Shown here one piece after another: positions 47,725 to 60,469 of a DNA stretch of 64,000 bases. The position numbers were made by a program, and so were the translations under genes. Each line of letters starts with the position of its first letter. Position 1 is the first letter of the stretch. Location of the stretch: contig BCKZ01000012.1 of assembly GCA_001600815.1 (NCBI GenBank), positions 372,001-436,000 of the forward strand, in the 5' to 3' direction. The stretch is from Alloascoidea hylecoeti. Taxonomy: Eukaryota. The notes below the pieces were generated by a model. That model was not told where the DNA came from. It searched no databases and worked only from the letters and a program-made list of their open reading frames with translations.

Positions 47725-49785
47725 ATGCTACGATGTGTTCGATCATATCGCCTTCGCAAAGGGTTTCCCGCACATATTTATAAATCAGCTTTATCCTTGA
47801 AATGTGGAAANATTAATACTAAAAATGAAGTTACACAATCGATGTACACAAATTCATTTTTCAAACGATTTAATCATACACGTGCTATATCTCTGCGACC
47901 GTATCAACAAGAGTGTATTGATGCCTGTATGAATACTATTAATAAAAATATAAGGAAGATAGCTGTTTCAATGCCAACGGGTGGCGGTAAAACGGTTGTA
48001 TTTACTCAATTATTATCAAAAGTGAAACCATTAGGATCGCGAAGGAATAATACACTAATATTAGCACATAGAAGGGAGCTGGTAGAGCAGGCCGCGAATC
48101 AAGTTAAACGAGCATACCCAGACTTAAAAGTAGAGATTGAAATGTCACAATTTCATGCTTCTGGAAATGCAGATGTGACAATAGCTTCAGTGCCATCAAT
48201 ATCACGACCAAAGAGACTCGAAAAGTTTAACAAAAACGATTTCAAATTAATTATTATTGATGAAGCTCATCATGCAGTTAGTGAATCATACATGTCGATT
48301 TTAGACCATTTTGGTGCGTTTGAAAAGGACTCAGATCTTATAACTATAGGATTTTCTGCAACTCTTCAAAGGGCTGATGGCTTACGACTTGGAAGGATAT
48401 TCGACTACATAGCATATCATAAGGATGTTGTAGATATGATCGACGATCAATGGTTATGTGATGTGAAATTTACGACAGTTAGAACNGGTGCTAAATTAAA
48501 TGAGGTACCAGAAACTTCATTAAGATCCGGTGGAGAGAAAGATTTTGCNGTTGGCGCCTTATCAAAGGTCATGAATACCCCAGAAATAAATCTTCTATTA
48601 TTCAGAACTTGGCTTAGCATGAGGAAAAAACACGATTTCAAATCTACTATTATATTCGCAGTCGATGTTAATCATGTAGTAAGTTTAACAAAATTGTTTA
48701 TGTCCAAAAATATTGGTGCACAATATGTCACAGGAACAACGAAGCCGACGGAGAGAAAGAAAATAGTAGATGATTTCAAAGATGGTAAAATTCCCGTGCT
48801 TATAAATTGTGGTGTTTTTACCGAAGGAACAGATATACCGGGTATCGATTGCTTAATTTTAGCGCGACCTACAAAATCTAGAACATTATTGGTGCAAATG
48901 CTTGGAAGGGGTCTAAGATTACATCCCAATAAAGAGTTTTGTTATGTTGTTGATTTTGTTGGATCACAAAACTTGGGTGTGATATCAGTTCCCACTCTTG
49001 CTGGACTAGATCCTGATAAAATCTTGAAAAATAAAACTTTGGTTGAGATGCGTCAAATAATTAAAGACAAACCTGAATTGGAAAGGAAGATGAGTAAACC
49101 AAATCTTAATAATAATGACATAATATTAACTACATTTGATAGTTTGGTTGATTTATTAAATGGATCCTATATAAATAACTTTATGGTGCCAATTCACGAG
49201 TCTCAGCTGGCGTGGGTTCCAATTCATAGAGGGAAGTTTATTTTATCGAAGCAGGGTAGTTATCTAAAACTTGAATTCAATGAAGAAGAAGGAACCTTTG
49301 AATTGATTGACTATGCTAAAATATCATCATCAAAACTTGAACAACAGTATACACAGAGAAAAAAATACGTGTTTGATGATATTACAGATGGACGAATAGC
49401 ATTAAATGCAGCGGATAGATATGCTTTTAAAGAGTTCGAAATGATGCGTAAGAATGCTCGTTGGAGACATTCACCGGCTACAGAAAGCCAAAAAGACAAA
49501 ATTAGAGAAGTGATGATAAAAACATTAAGGAGAGTTGATTATCTTACAGATGATGTATCCAATAATATCCACTCTGTGACTGAAAAGTTATCAAAGGGAG
49601 AAGCTGGAGATATTCTCACATCAGTAACGAATGGTGGTCTCACACCAATTAGAAAGATGATTGAACAGTTACTAGCAAAGAAAAATAGAGAAACGGTAAT
49701 GTATGAAAAGACATTAAAAAAGATTGCGGATGGGAAGGGAATGGAAATAAAGGTTGGACATATCAACAAAGGCTTAAGCTTATAG
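47725..49785 (+). CDS. IRC3: Mitochondrial SF2 DExH helicase
   Basis: Presequence-like N-terminus, LRPYQ, MPTGGGKT, LAHRREL, DEAHH, SAT, VFTEGTDIP, QMLGRGLR, WRHSPATESQ. Confidence 0.92.
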   Translation: MLRCVRSYRLRKGFPAHIYKSALSLKCGXINTKNEVTQSMYTNSFFKRFNHTRAISLRPYQQECIDACMNTINKNIRKIAVSMPTGGGKTVVFTQLLSKVKPLGSRRNNTLILAHRRELVEQAANQVKRAYPDLKVEIEMSQFHASGNADVTIASVPSISRPKRLEKFNKNDFKLIIIDEAHHAVSESYMSILDHFGAFEKDSDLITIGFSATLQRADGLRLGRIFDYIAYHKDVVDMIDDQWLCDVKFTTVRXGAKLNEVPETSLRSGGEKDFXVGALSKVMNTPEINLLLFRTWLSMRKKHDFKSTIIFAVDVNHVVSLTKLFMSKNIGAQYVTGTTKPTERKKIVDDFKDGKIPVLINCGVFTEGTDIPGIDCLILARPTKSRTLLVQMLGRGLRLHPNKEFCYVVDFVGSQNLGVISVPTLAGLDPDKILKNKTLVEMRQIIKDKPELERKMSKPNLNNNDIILTTFDSLVDLLNGSYINNFMVPIHESQLAWVPIHRGKFILSKQGSYLKLEFNEEEGTFELIDYAKISSSKLEQQYTQRKKYVFDDITDGRIALNAADRYAFKEFEMMRKNARWRHSPATESQKDKIREVMIKTLRRVDYLTDDVSNNIHSVTEKLSKGEAGDILTSVTNGGLTPIRKMIEQLLAKKNRETVMYEKTLKKIADGKGMEIKVGHINKGLSL

Positions 49786-50185
49786 TATAATAATAATTAT
49801 AATGTAAATAGATCTCAGCATATTTAATGCACAACCTTTTATAAGTTATATTGGCATTAATATCGACACTTGCTGACTGTAGAAGCAGTGTAGATGTTTT
49901 GTTGGGCGTAAAAGCGGCCGAAATTAAGTTGAGGACTGGTCGAATATTATTACATCATGCAGAATCATCCATTTAAATGCGGGCGAATAGAGGTCAAGAA
50001 GTGGTTGATATATAATCCGAAGCCCCCGTGTATGCCTATTGTCATGCCAACACCGATAAACACCCAGACATCTTTTGTTTACCTGATTTTCAAACAATAG
50101 TATGATTTTATATAAATAATCACATCAGATCAAAAATATACATCACTTGATCCAATACATAAGAGATATAGCTGATTCTAACGAC

Positions 50186-52601
50186 ATGACATTTGTCGGG
50201 GACACAAGCCTTACAGGGGCCAGGCTGGACTCGAAGTCCGTGCTTCAGTCACATATTCCCACAAAGATACCTTTGAGGCAATCTTCAATCAGACCTCCAG
50301 GGTTCCACCAAGACAAAGATCCAAATGACAATAATAATAACAATGATTGGTCCTCTTTTATGAACACTCCTTCTGAAATGCGTAAATCAGTTAGTGGTGA
50401 GTCTTCTATGAAATCTCTTCAATATACAAACACAGAGAATCANAATCGCTTTAAAAAGCATCCCAAAAAGAGCTTAGGAGGAGTAGTTAGAAGTACGATG
50501 ATGATGCCACCAGTTAAAACAAAAATAATGCCTGTGATAAATAAGCCAGCAGGAGGTTTATATGGAATTACGAATTCAAATGAAAGTGACATACCATCGG
50601 GATATCAGCAAACAAGTGGTATAGGTAGATCTAGATCAGTAAGCGATCATCCAAATCAATTCCAACAAATATTAAACCGATCCAAGAATAATAACGGCAT
50701 AAGGAAACAAAATAGTTTTCCCCGGCCGATCAGTGTTGGTCGTGGAAGAAGCAGTAATATTAATGACAGTGATTTTACAGCAAGACTAGGACAAGTAGAA
50801 TTGAATAATGAAAAATTATATGAAAAATTAAAAGCCAAAGAGAAACATCAAGAAGAAACTATTGAACAATTTAACAATCAACTTTCTAGTTTACAAAATG
50901 AAAAAGAACAGCTAACTACTCAAACTCGTGCACTTCAAAGTTCAATTTATGATATAGAACAAACTATAAATGAATTTCAAAATCATTTGGAAGAGCTTCA
51001 ACGTAGTACTAACAAAAAAACTGATACATTAATAAGAAGTTATAAATTAAAATGTCAAGAAAAAGAGTGGACCTTAAATAATGAATATGAAAAATTGCTA
51101 AAGGAACAAGAGGATGAGCTGAGTTCATTAGAAAAATATTGGGATGTCAGCAACACTGACAACACTGAATTAGCTATTTTTAAACAAGAACAAGATTCTT
51201 TGAATCAAAAAATTTCAGAACTGCAAGATCAATTCCAAAGAACACGATTATCAAATGAACAAGAAATTACTTCACAAAGAGAAACCCTTACAAAACAATT
51301 TGAACTTTATCGTGATGAACGAGAGCGATCATTAGAAATTCTTAAAAATCTTAAAAATAATAAGCAAAATCAATTACAATCTATACAAAACGACGTCTCA
51401 AATACGAGTGATCAATTAATACATTTAGAACAATCCAGTCTGGATATTCAAAAACGTATAGATGAGAAAGAAAATCTGTCAACTACGTTAAAGTCATCTA
51501 CTGGATCACTTAAAGATAATATATACCAACTAGATACAAAAATTGAGGAAAGACAGAAAAAAATTGACAAACTTTCAATTGATGTTAAGAATGCTAGTGA
51601 CGATTTTAATATTTATTTCAATAAACTCCAAAAAGAAATAAATTTGAGGAGGAAGTTATCCAATACCATTTTAGAATTAAAAGGGAATATGAGATGTTTT
51701 ATTAATATTCTTTCTACTCCAGGGGTATCATTACCGATTGAATTATTAGATACTATGATTAATTCTGATGGATTGGATGGTTCAACCATTACTATAAATA
51801 AATCTGAGCAATTTATATTTGATAAAGTATTTGATATTGACACAAGTATTGAAGATAGATTTGGAGAGATTGGTTATTTATTGGAGGATGGTTTATCAGG
51901 TTATTATATCAGTTTTATAAATTGCGGTTATTTATTTCCAGTAAATGAATTTACAGAAACCATTAATATGACAATTTCAAGATTAATTTCTGTATCTCAG
52001 GTTTTAAAACAAAAGAAACAATGGTTACTTGAATTTGATTATCAATTTGTTGCCATTGATGATGTGAACAATATTGTTAAAGATATCAGTGATGGTAGTT
52101 CTGCTTCAATATCACCTAGAGATCATTCATTAGTTATTTCAAGTAATAAAATGGTTGATTTTAAATCAGTAATAGATTCATTTGATCGTGCAATTACTTT
52201 TTCAACTTCATCATTATTGTTTGCAATTAATATATCGGGAACTAATACAACAAGAGGAACTTCATTGAATTCAACTATTTATCTTCTTAATTGCTTTGGA
52301 GAAAAAGCATGGAATCACGATATAATAAATTCACCTAATGTTACTGAAATGTCAACACTTAATGTAAGATATTTGTTTTTACTTTTAATTAATTCTTATA
52401 CATTCTTACTAACTTTTCATTTAGCTTCTACTTAATTATTTATATTCAAATACAAAATCACAAACTAATATAAACATATGTCCAGAACCAAAAGAATTGT
52501 CAAATATTATAGATTGGTTAAGACTTGGTATGAAGATAAATCAGCGGCAAATGCCATCAATAAAAAAAATTAGAAATTTCAACACGGGAGCTAAAAGGTA
52601 G
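50186..52601 (+). CDS. Kar3 partner, Cik1/Vik1-like (coiled coil + degenerate motor-homology domain); intron 52364-52424
   Basis: RRKLSNTILELKGNMRCF, FIFDKVF, no P-loop; GTAAGA..TACTAAC..TAG intron. Confidence 0.8.
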
Positions 52602-52989
52602 TATAAGTTGTTATTTAAAGTAGGTAATAGTTAACTATTAATATATTATAATTTATAATTAATTAATTATTACAAGTGTTAATTAAGAAATACATTAATA
52701 TTTATTATATTTAAATATACAGTAAACTGCATGAGTTTAAGATTAATCAAAAAATCTTCTTTTCAAAATGATTGTGATTATGCCAAAACTTCTACTCTTT
52801 AATATGAAAAAAAAAAAAAAGACAAGAAAAGAAACTTAAAAACAAATGACAGTTAATTTTAAAAACTAATTTAAAAAGGAGGAGAAAAAAAAGATGTTAG
52901 CAAAAGAGATTTAAAGTGATGAAAAAGGTCAGATCTAGAGTACATTTTTTAATAGTTATTGTTGTGATATGTCATTATAAAGATATTAA

Positions 52990-54609
52990 TCAAAATGATT
53001 TTAAAACTTCACATAGGACTGATTTTAACTCTTCTCTTGATCCTTCATTTGTATCATTAGAATCTAAAGATATTCCATTTCCATTTCTATTTCCATTTTC
53101 ATTTCTATTTTCATTTCTATTTTCAGAATTTTGGTTTCCATTTATATTAGAATGATCTTCTTTAATTGAATTATTAATATGTGTTGTTGATTCATTTATA
53201 GAAATTGAATTCATAATATCTTTTTCTGGAGATATATAATCATCATCTTTTAAAACGTTACCCATAAGATTATAAGTAAGACCATTTTGTTCAACAATTG
53301 AATGTGGATTTAAAGTAAGGAAATTTGAAAAATCTTCAGCGGTTATAAGTAAATTTTGTTTTCTTTTAATATTTGAATTTTTACCTTGATTTAATTCAGA
53401 ATCTATATTTGTACCCATACCAGGAGCTCTTGTATTATTAACAAAACTTGTATTTTTAGCACGTACAATATCAAGTGTTTGTTGTATTAAATTTCGAAGA
53501 TGAGTTTCTAAACCAACAAGCATAACATCTGCTGCATTTTTACTTAAACCACCAATTAAACCACGTTCACGAGAAATTCCAAGCATTCTTGCTTGAAGAG
53601 CATCAGAATCAGGTAATTCATAACTTTCGCTTGCTAACATTGTTTGAAAACCATGTATAATATCTTGTGACCAAGTAATTGTATTACCAACATTTTGTTG
53701 AACTTGTTTTTCTTTATCACTTATTATTGGAATTTTAGGTAACATTGCTTGACGGGTTAAAGTTAAAGAAGATTGAATTTGTCCTTTTTTACCAGAATCT
53801 CTTGTAATTGCTTTTATTCTTTTTCTTTCTTTTGTTGTTAAACTCATTATATCTTTTTTTAATCTTTCATATTGTGATGAACTTTTAACAGCTTTTTGTT
53901 TACCTTTTTTATTATTATTATTATTAAAAGAAGAAAATGATGAATTTGATGTTGCAGATTTTGGTGGTTCTCTTAATGAATTTGCTAAATTTGCTAAAAG
54001 TAATTGATTATGCATTCTAATTGTATTTTTTGAAAGTATTAAATCTAAATTTTTTGTTAATTCAAATCTTGTTAATTTACCTAATAAAAAATAAGTTATA
54101 ACTTTTCTATATTGATCCCATTTTTTACCTAAAATTTTTTGAAAATCAATCATTAATTTTTCAATATCAATTCTTCTACCGATTGCTGGTTTACCATTTT
54201 TAGTTGATAAATTTAAATTTATATTTGATTTATTATTTGAAGAAGATGGAATTGGAGTTTCATTATTACCATTTAATACTAAATTTGCTGATGGTGCTGT
54301 TATTGATGGTGTAATACCGCTATTATCATTTTCATTTTCATTTTCATTTTCATTTTCATTTTCATTTTCATTATCATTATTATCATTATTAATTTGTAAA
54401 TTATTAGTACCATTTGTTTCATTATTACCATTAATATNATCATCCATATTTACATCATCATCGTCATCATCATTTTCATTATCTTTTGATTTATTATTAC
54501 TAATGGTGATGTTTTGTTTAAGAGGTGAAGGGTCAGTTGGTAAATTATCTGGAGTATGAATATCTTTATGATCCATGGAAGTGGAAGGACTTGAAACTAT
54601 GGGCGTCAT
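52990..54609 (-). CDS. HFI1: SAGA subunit Ada1/Hfi1
   Basis: WDQYRKVITYFLLGKLTRFEL, HNQLLLANL, LASESYELPD, MLGISRERGL, GLETHLRNLI; likely ATG at 54609. Confidence 0.9.
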   Translation of the reverse strand: MTPIVSSPSTSMDHKDIHTPDNLPTDPSPLKQNITISNNKSKDNENDDDDDDVNMDDXINGNNETNGTNNLQINNDNNDNENENENENENENENDNSGITPSITAPSANLVLNGNNETPIPSSSNNKSNINLNLSTKNGKPAIGRRIDIEKLMIDFQKILGKKWDQYRKVITYFLLGKLTRFELTKNLDLILSKNTIRMHNQLLLANLANSLREPPKSATSNSSFSSFNNNNNKKGKQKAVKSSSQYERLKKDIMSLTTKERKRIKAITRDSGKKGQIQSSLTLTRQAMLPKIPIISDKEKQVQQNVGNTITWSQDIIHGFQTMLASESYELPDSDALQARMLGISRERGLIGGLSKNAADVMLVGLETHLRNLIQQTLDIVRAKNTSFVNNTRAPGMGTNIDSELNQGKNSNIKRKQNLLITAEDFSNFLTLNPHSIVEQNGLTYNLMGNVLKDDDYISPEKDIMNSISINESTTHINNSIKEDHSNINGNQNSENRNENRNENGNRNGNGISLDSNDTNEGSREELKSVLCEVLKSF

Positions 54610-54901
54610 GGTTATATATAAATATATAATATAATTTATATATATGATAAAATACACGTAAAAAAGGAAAAATCTGCTCGAACCGAGTTCGTTTTCTTCT
54701 AAAGATTGATGTGTAAAAGAATTCAAAGGATGGAGAAGGACTATTAAAGAAATAGATAGTGTTGTTGAAGGAACTCTATTAAACATCCATACACCTACCC
54801 TTAATAATTCCAACATATACCATTTAAATTCTTATAAAAAACATATATAATAATACAGATAACATAATTTATCATAATAAAAAAATAAATATAAACAATA
54901 A

Positions 54902-56983
54902 TTACCAAGCATCTACCATTGTAGTATCAATAAGTGATTTTTCTTGTTTATAAGGGGTACCACCACCACCAACATTAATATTAATATTATCATTGTTATT
55001 TGGTCTTTGACCAATTGAAGGATAATTTATAGATTTATTTTGATTATAATTAGTTGAAGGATAGTTTATATTAGGTCTATTTTCCCCATAACCAACAGAA
55101 GGATGATAATTTGAATCCTGTAAATTTTTATTATGATTTAAATAATCAAAATTTAATTTCGGAAAATCATTTTTATAAAATTTAATTAAATTTGGTGGTG
55201 GATTATATTTTGGAGTTGTTGAATAAATATCCTTTTCATTATCATTATCATTATCATTATCATTATCATTATTGTCATCTGAATGAATTATTATACTTGT
55301 ATTCTTATAAAGTTTTAAATCTCTAACTTTTGAATCTAAATTTTTTTTTAATTGTAAAACTTCTAAATTAAGATCCATATTTTTATCTTCTAATCTGTTA
55401 ATTGTTAATTGTAAATTATTATTAACTTGTTTTAAATCATTATTTTTATTTAAAATATTAGTTAATTCATTTTTTAATTTATTTTCTTGATTGGAAGAAT
55501 TTGAAAATTTTATTAATTCTTGTTGTTTTTTTAGTTTTTCATTTTGTTTTAATAATTCATTATTTAATTGTGATATTTTAATTTCATTTTTATAAATTTT
55601 TAAATCATAATTCTTTGAATTTTCATTTAATTGTTTTTGAATTTTAATTAATTGATCATTTTTTAATTGTAAATTTAATTTTAAATTTTTAATTTCTTCA
55701 TCTTGAGTTTTAACTAATTCATCANCAGTTATATTTATTGAATCAGTTGTTATAGTTGTTGTTGTTGTTAATGTTGAAATTTTTTGTTTTAAAGATTCAT
55801 TTTCTTGTGATAAAATACCATTAATATTATACATATTATCTAATTCTTGTTTAAATTGTTTAAGATTTGAAGATATTATTACTTTATTTGATTCAAGATC
55901 ATCAATATGTTGAGCTTGACTCATTATTGTTGATTGACATAAATCTATTTTATTTTTTAAAGATTTTTCATAATTTGAATTATCATTTGAATTATCATTT
56001 GAATTTGAATTATCATTTGTATTTGAAGTCTTTGAATCAGAATTTAATCTTTCTTTTAATAATTTATATCTTTTATAAACTCTTTGATATTCTTTCATTA
56101 ATTTTGTATTTTGTCTAATTTCCCAATTTAATTCAGTTGATAAATTAACAGATTCTAAATCTTTTAATTTTGCAAATTCAATATGTTCATTTAAAATTTT
56201 TTTTAAATCATTTTTTGAAAATATATTTTTTTTAGATTCATTATTAATTTTTAACTGTTTTGATAATATTGTTTCTAATAATTGGTTATGATCATAAATT
56301 GTATTTAGAACATTATTATATTCATTTTTTGAATTATGAGGATTAGGGATATGAATAGGGCTATGATTATGAATTTGCTTAGGATTATCACTTTGATTAG
56401 GATTATCACTTTGATTAGGAGTAGGAATTGAAGATTTTATATTTGATGATGTGTTCTTTTTAGTTTCATTTGTTTTATCCTCATTTGTACTAAGGGAAGA
56501 TAAAAGAAGATCAAATTCTTTTGTACGAGGAGTCCAAGGACTTGGGAATTTTCCTGGGTAATTGTTAGGTAAACCGGATTTTGAGCCACGTTTTTTATTA
56601 TTATTAGGATCAACCAGCTGAAACGAGCCATCTTCATCGATTTCTACACTTTTATGTATTTTTTCGAATTTGTGTAATAAGGATTCATTTGGTTGAGGAG
56701 TTGAAGTAGCCACGAATTTATCATTGGGATTTGTATTTTCAGTTATGGATAAAGTGTCGTTATAGCCCTTAACCCACTTAACCGACTTGGGCTTACTGGC
56801 CGTTCCGGGGGTCTTCAGAATGCCAGGGTTTTTGGAGGACGAGTGCAAATTTACCATGGGGCTGAGGATCGAGTGTCTTGGGGGGGTTTCCAATTTGGTT
56901 TCCAATTTGGTTTCCAATTTGGTTTCCAATTTGGCAAGATCGGGAGTCGGGTTGCGCAGAAACATTGCAGGGAGCGCTGACAT
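54902..56983 (-). CDS. Spindle-pole-body coiled-coil protein (Cut12-like)
   Basis: PGILKTPGT..KSV and GLP..YPGKFPSPW motifs, FAKLKD, long coiled coil; 12-bp x4 repeat (KLET) at 56886-56933. Confidence 0.65.
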   Translation of the reverse strand: MSALPAMFLRNPTPDLAKLETKLETKLETKLETPPRHSILSPMVNLHSSSKNPGILKTPGTASKPKSVKWVKGYNDTLSITENTNPNDKFVATSTPQPNESLLHKFEKIHKSVEIDEDGSFQLVDPNNNKKRGSKSGLPNNYPGKFPSPWTPRTKEFDLLLSSLSTNEDKTNETKKNTSSNIKSSIPTPNQSDNPNQSDNPKQIHNHSPIHIPNPHNSKNEYNNVLNTIYDHNQLLETILSKQLKINNESKKNIFSKNDLKKILNEHIEFAKLKDLESVNLSTELNWEIRQNTKLMKEYQRVYKRYKLLKERLNSDSKTSNTNDNSNSNDNSNDNSNYEKSLKNKIDLCQSTIMSQAQHIDDLESNKVIISSNLKQFKQELDNMYNINGILSQENESLKQKISTLTTTTTITTDSINITXDELVKTQDEEIKNLKLNLQLKNDQLIKIQKQLNENSKNYDLKIYKNEIKISQLNNELLKQNEKLKKQQELIKFSNSSNQENKLKNELTNILNKNNDLKQVNNNLQLTINRLEDKNMDLNLEVLQLKKNLDSKVRDLKLYKNTSIIIHSDDNNDNDNDNDNDNEKDIYSTTPKYNPPPNLIKFYKNDFPKLNFDYLNHNKNLQDSNYHPSVGYGENRPNINYPSTNYNQNKSINYPSIGQRPNNNDNININVGGGGTPYKQEKSLIDTTMVDAW

Positions 56984-57205
56984 TGCCCATTTTGCGGCCG
57001 ACGGGGTCGGAGGAATGAAGTCTGAGGTGAGGAGGAGGTTAGTTTGGGGAGTGAGGAGTGAGGAGGCTAGTTAGTAAGCAGCAGAACGTACCATCCAAAC
57101 GGGAGTCGTGGTGAGAAGGGGCCATTGGTGGGGGGGAGTAAATAAAATAGGAGGGACAAAACACTGGGGGGGGGGAGAGGGTTGTCTGGGCAACGAGATA
57201 AAACA

Positions 57206-57286
57206 CACGTGATCAATAAAACACACGTGACCAAGTTGTAACACGTGACCATCATGTCACATGACCAGCATGCAACACACGTGACC
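57206..57286. promoter_or_regulatory. Cluster of bHLH E-boxes (Cbf1/Tye7-type)
   Basis: CACGTGA at 57206, 57224, 57242 and 57278, plus CACATGA at 57258, in a divergent promoter. Confidence 0.8.
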
Positions 57287-57561
57287 CAAAACAAGGTTTG
57301 ACAATCAGGGCGGACACTGCGTTTCCTTGCGCTGCCTTGCGTGTGGATGCATGCTATAGCGTGTCAGCCCCGAACAGAACAGAATGTGTGTATTTATTTA
57401 TTTATAACCAACACTGAGAACACTCACTTCCACACAATCTTTCCTCCTTCTCTCGTTCACTTCACCTATTATCCCCGGTCGCTCTCTCTGCTCCGAAGTC
57501 TCTCTTTATAACGGTGTCCCCTCGCTTTTAATCCTTTCTTTTCCCCTCCTACAGCTTTACA

Positions 57562-59160
57562 ATGTCAAGATCCTCTTCTGCCTTACTCGGAAGACCTACG
57601 CCTCCTCCAAGAAAACTCGACTTCAACTTCGAGTTGAAACAGCGATTCCTTCATGAGTCCCTTCTCGAGGAATACGAATATGAATACTTCTCCCATTATG
57701 ACCAACTGCTTTCAAAAACAATCCCTGATCCTCAAATGATTGATCAACAGCCTGAAATAAACTGGCCTATGAGACCTTATTTGCTAGATTTCTTAGTGGA
57801 ATCTCATCAATCTTTTAGATTACATGCCCCTACCCTATTTCTAGCTATTAACATTGTCGATAGATATTGTTCAAAAAGAGTTGTTTTTAAAAAACACTAT
57901 CAATTAGTTGGTTGTACTGCTTTATGGTTAGCTGCTAAATATGAAGATAAAAAATCAAGGGTTCCAACTTTAAAAGAATTAAAATTAATGTGTGGTAATG
58001 TTTATGATGAAGAAATGTTTGTTCAAATGGAAGGTCATATTTTAAATACTTTAGATTGGTCAATAGGTCATCCAACTCTAGAAAATTTCTTATATTTTAA
58101 ATTAATTGAAATGGAAGAATTAGTTAGTTTAACTGATTTATCTCCATTAAAAACTAATTCAAAATATAAAGATATTTTAAGATTTCCTTTTATTTTCGAA
58201 ATGTTTAAATTTATTGCCGAATTTTCTCAATATCATAGAGAATTTTTAGATATACCTCCATTAATTTTATCTGAATCAATTGCTTTATTAACAAGATTAA
58301 TTTTAATTAATACAATATTTGGTTTATCTTGGAAAAGTTATGATGTTTTAATTGAAAATATGAATCAATCAATTGATAAAGAAATTTCAAATGTTTTAAA
58401 TCTTTTAATTGATAAATTATCAAAAGATTTAATCTCAAAATCTTTAATTAAAAAATACAATAAAATTTCTGGAATTTATGTTTCAATTTCTTCTCTTGTT
58501 TTAAAATTTATAAAATTTTTAAATACGCCTGAAGAAATTGATTTATTACAACAATCTTTGAATACAGTTTCAAGCCCAGCTTTAACTTCAAATTCAACTC
58601 CAAATACTCCGGAACCAGAATCAATGCATGAAAATTCTTTATCTTCTATTCCTTCTCCTTCAACTTCTTCATCTGTTTATTCCCCAGCTTCTTCTTACGT
58701 TACAAAAGATGGTAATCTTTCTGTTTTAGTTCCTTCAAGATCCCAACATTTTACTTCTCCTCCTTGTACCCCAGATTCAATTTATCTTAATCATAATAAA
58801 CAAAGTATGAAACAAACTAATAGAAATGCAAGTAATACAAGTAACTTGAGTTCTTATAGTAATGCAAGTAATATATCAATTTCTTCTTCAATATCAACAA
58901 CTTCAACAAATACAAGTGTTTATGAAAGTGATATTGATGATCATGATGATAAACATGAATCACAATCACAATCACAATCACAATCACAATCACAATCTCA
59001 TGTATCAAAGGATTCAAATTCATCTAATTCAACTGCAATATGTTCATCAAAATATTCTTCAAATATGAATACAAGTATTAATTATACAACTTCAAATCGT
59101 GGAGATTCAATTATGACTGATATTGGTAATTATAAAGCTTATTGTGATATAGTTGAGTAA
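57562..59160 (+). CDS. G1 cyclin (Cln/Ccn1/Hgc1 family)
   Basis: MIDQQPEINWPMRPYLLDFL, DRYCSKRVVFKKHYQLVGCTALWLAAKYED, PEST tail. Confidence 0.93.
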   Translation: MSRSSSALLGRPTPPPRKLDFNFELKQRFLHESLLEEYEYEYFSHYDQLLSKTIPDPQMIDQQPEINWPMRPYLLDFLVESHQSFRLHAPTLFLAINIVDRYCSKRVVFKKHYQLVGCTALWLAAKYEDKKSRVPTLKELKLMCGNVYDEEMFVQMEGHILNTLDWSIGHPTLENFLYFKLIEMEELVSLTDLSPLKTNSKYKDILRFPFIFEMFKFIAEFSQYHREFLDIPPLILSESIALLTRLILINTIFGLSWKSYDVLIENMNQSIDKEISNVLNLLIDKLSKDLISKSLIKKYNKISGIYVSISSLVLKFIKFLNTPEEIDLLQQSLNTVSSPALTSNSTPNTPEPESMHENSLSSIPSPSTSSSVYSPASSYVTKDGNLSVLVPSRSQHFTSPPCTPDSIYLNHNKQSMKQTNRNASNTSNLSSYSNASNISISSSISTTSTNTSVYESDIDDHDDKHESQSQSQSQSQSQSHVSKDSNSSNSTAICSSKYSSNMNTSINYTTSNRGDSIMTDIGNYKAYCDIVE

Positions 59161-60469
59161 TCACTTTTCATAACATTCACATTTTATTTTATCTTATCTT
59201 ATCATTCACGATAAAACCTTTTGCTTTTTTTATTAGGTGTTTTATTATTTGGATTTCATACTTAAAATCTTCCTTTCGTATTTTGCAATGATCTATGAAC
59301 CCAAGTTTTAATAGATTGGAAGATATCAAACTATGATTTATAAATTATTATATTCATATTCATTGGTTTGTTGGGTTCGTTTTTGTTAACTTTTATCCTT
59401 TATCATTTATCATTTATCCTTTATCCTTTATCCTTTTTCACCTTTACTCTTTCACTTTCTCTTTTCTTTTTTAGAATTTATTTTTATCTTATCACCATTT
59501 CATCATTCACGAATTTTTAAAAAAGAAAAAAAAGAAATTGTTAAAAAAGAAAAAAAAAACAAAAAGCATTATTTATACATATTGTATTTCTAAAAAATTT
59601 TCTATTTTATTTTTTTTTTTTTTTACTTTTTTATTTTTTTTATTGAATTATATGCATTACAATAATTTATCGTTCATATTTCATCTTGTTAACGTTTGAT
59701 TAAACATTATAAAATAATCAAAAATTAAAAAGTTTAAGTAGTTCAGTTCAACAATAACATTAATAATAATAATACACAACAACATACACAGAAAGAAAAA
59801 AAGAAATTTAAATCCAATTGTAAGGAAAAGAAGAAGGAAATGTCATAATTATTAAAAAAGGAACAATAAAAGACAGATAAAAATTGTTTCAGAATTAATA
59901 ATTGGTTGTATTTTTCATATATATATATACATATATATATATATTCTTCTTTCACTATATACAAAATAAAATATATTCACAATTTTTTTTAATTTTTTTT
60001 TCAATTTTTTATTTTTTTATTTTAGTTTTTTAAATATTTATTTATCAAATATTAATATTGTTCTACTTATCATATAATATAACTAATAATATTTAAAGCT
60101 TTACNATGCGTATGAATATGAATGATAAATGATGATGGTTTCAGACCGACTATTTCACACCAATGATGGGATCACCGGGTAACAAAAACAGATTTTATAT
60201 AATTAGAAGAGGCGTAGTTCACTTTTGTCCTTTTAAGCTTATGTAAAATCAAAACCCTTGCAATTAATATCTTACTGAAATTGATTACAACTGATATTAA
60301 TTTTTAAGTCTTTTTTTAATTTTCGTCTTTGAATTTCCTCTGAATTTAATTGTGTTGTCTTTTTTTTCTCTCCTCCTTTGAACATTTTTACCCATTTCTA
60401 TATTTAACTTTTAAACGTTGACAAACTTAAGCAAGCTTTCTCACCGAACTTTAATTTAGAAATACAATA

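Noticed and set aside
23528..58998. Hexamer repeats (GAAACT, TTTTCA, TCATTA, CAATCA) and the 12-bp x4 repeat at 56886
   Set aside because: Ordinary in-frame coding microsatellites; not CRISPR-like (no spacers, eukaryotic context).
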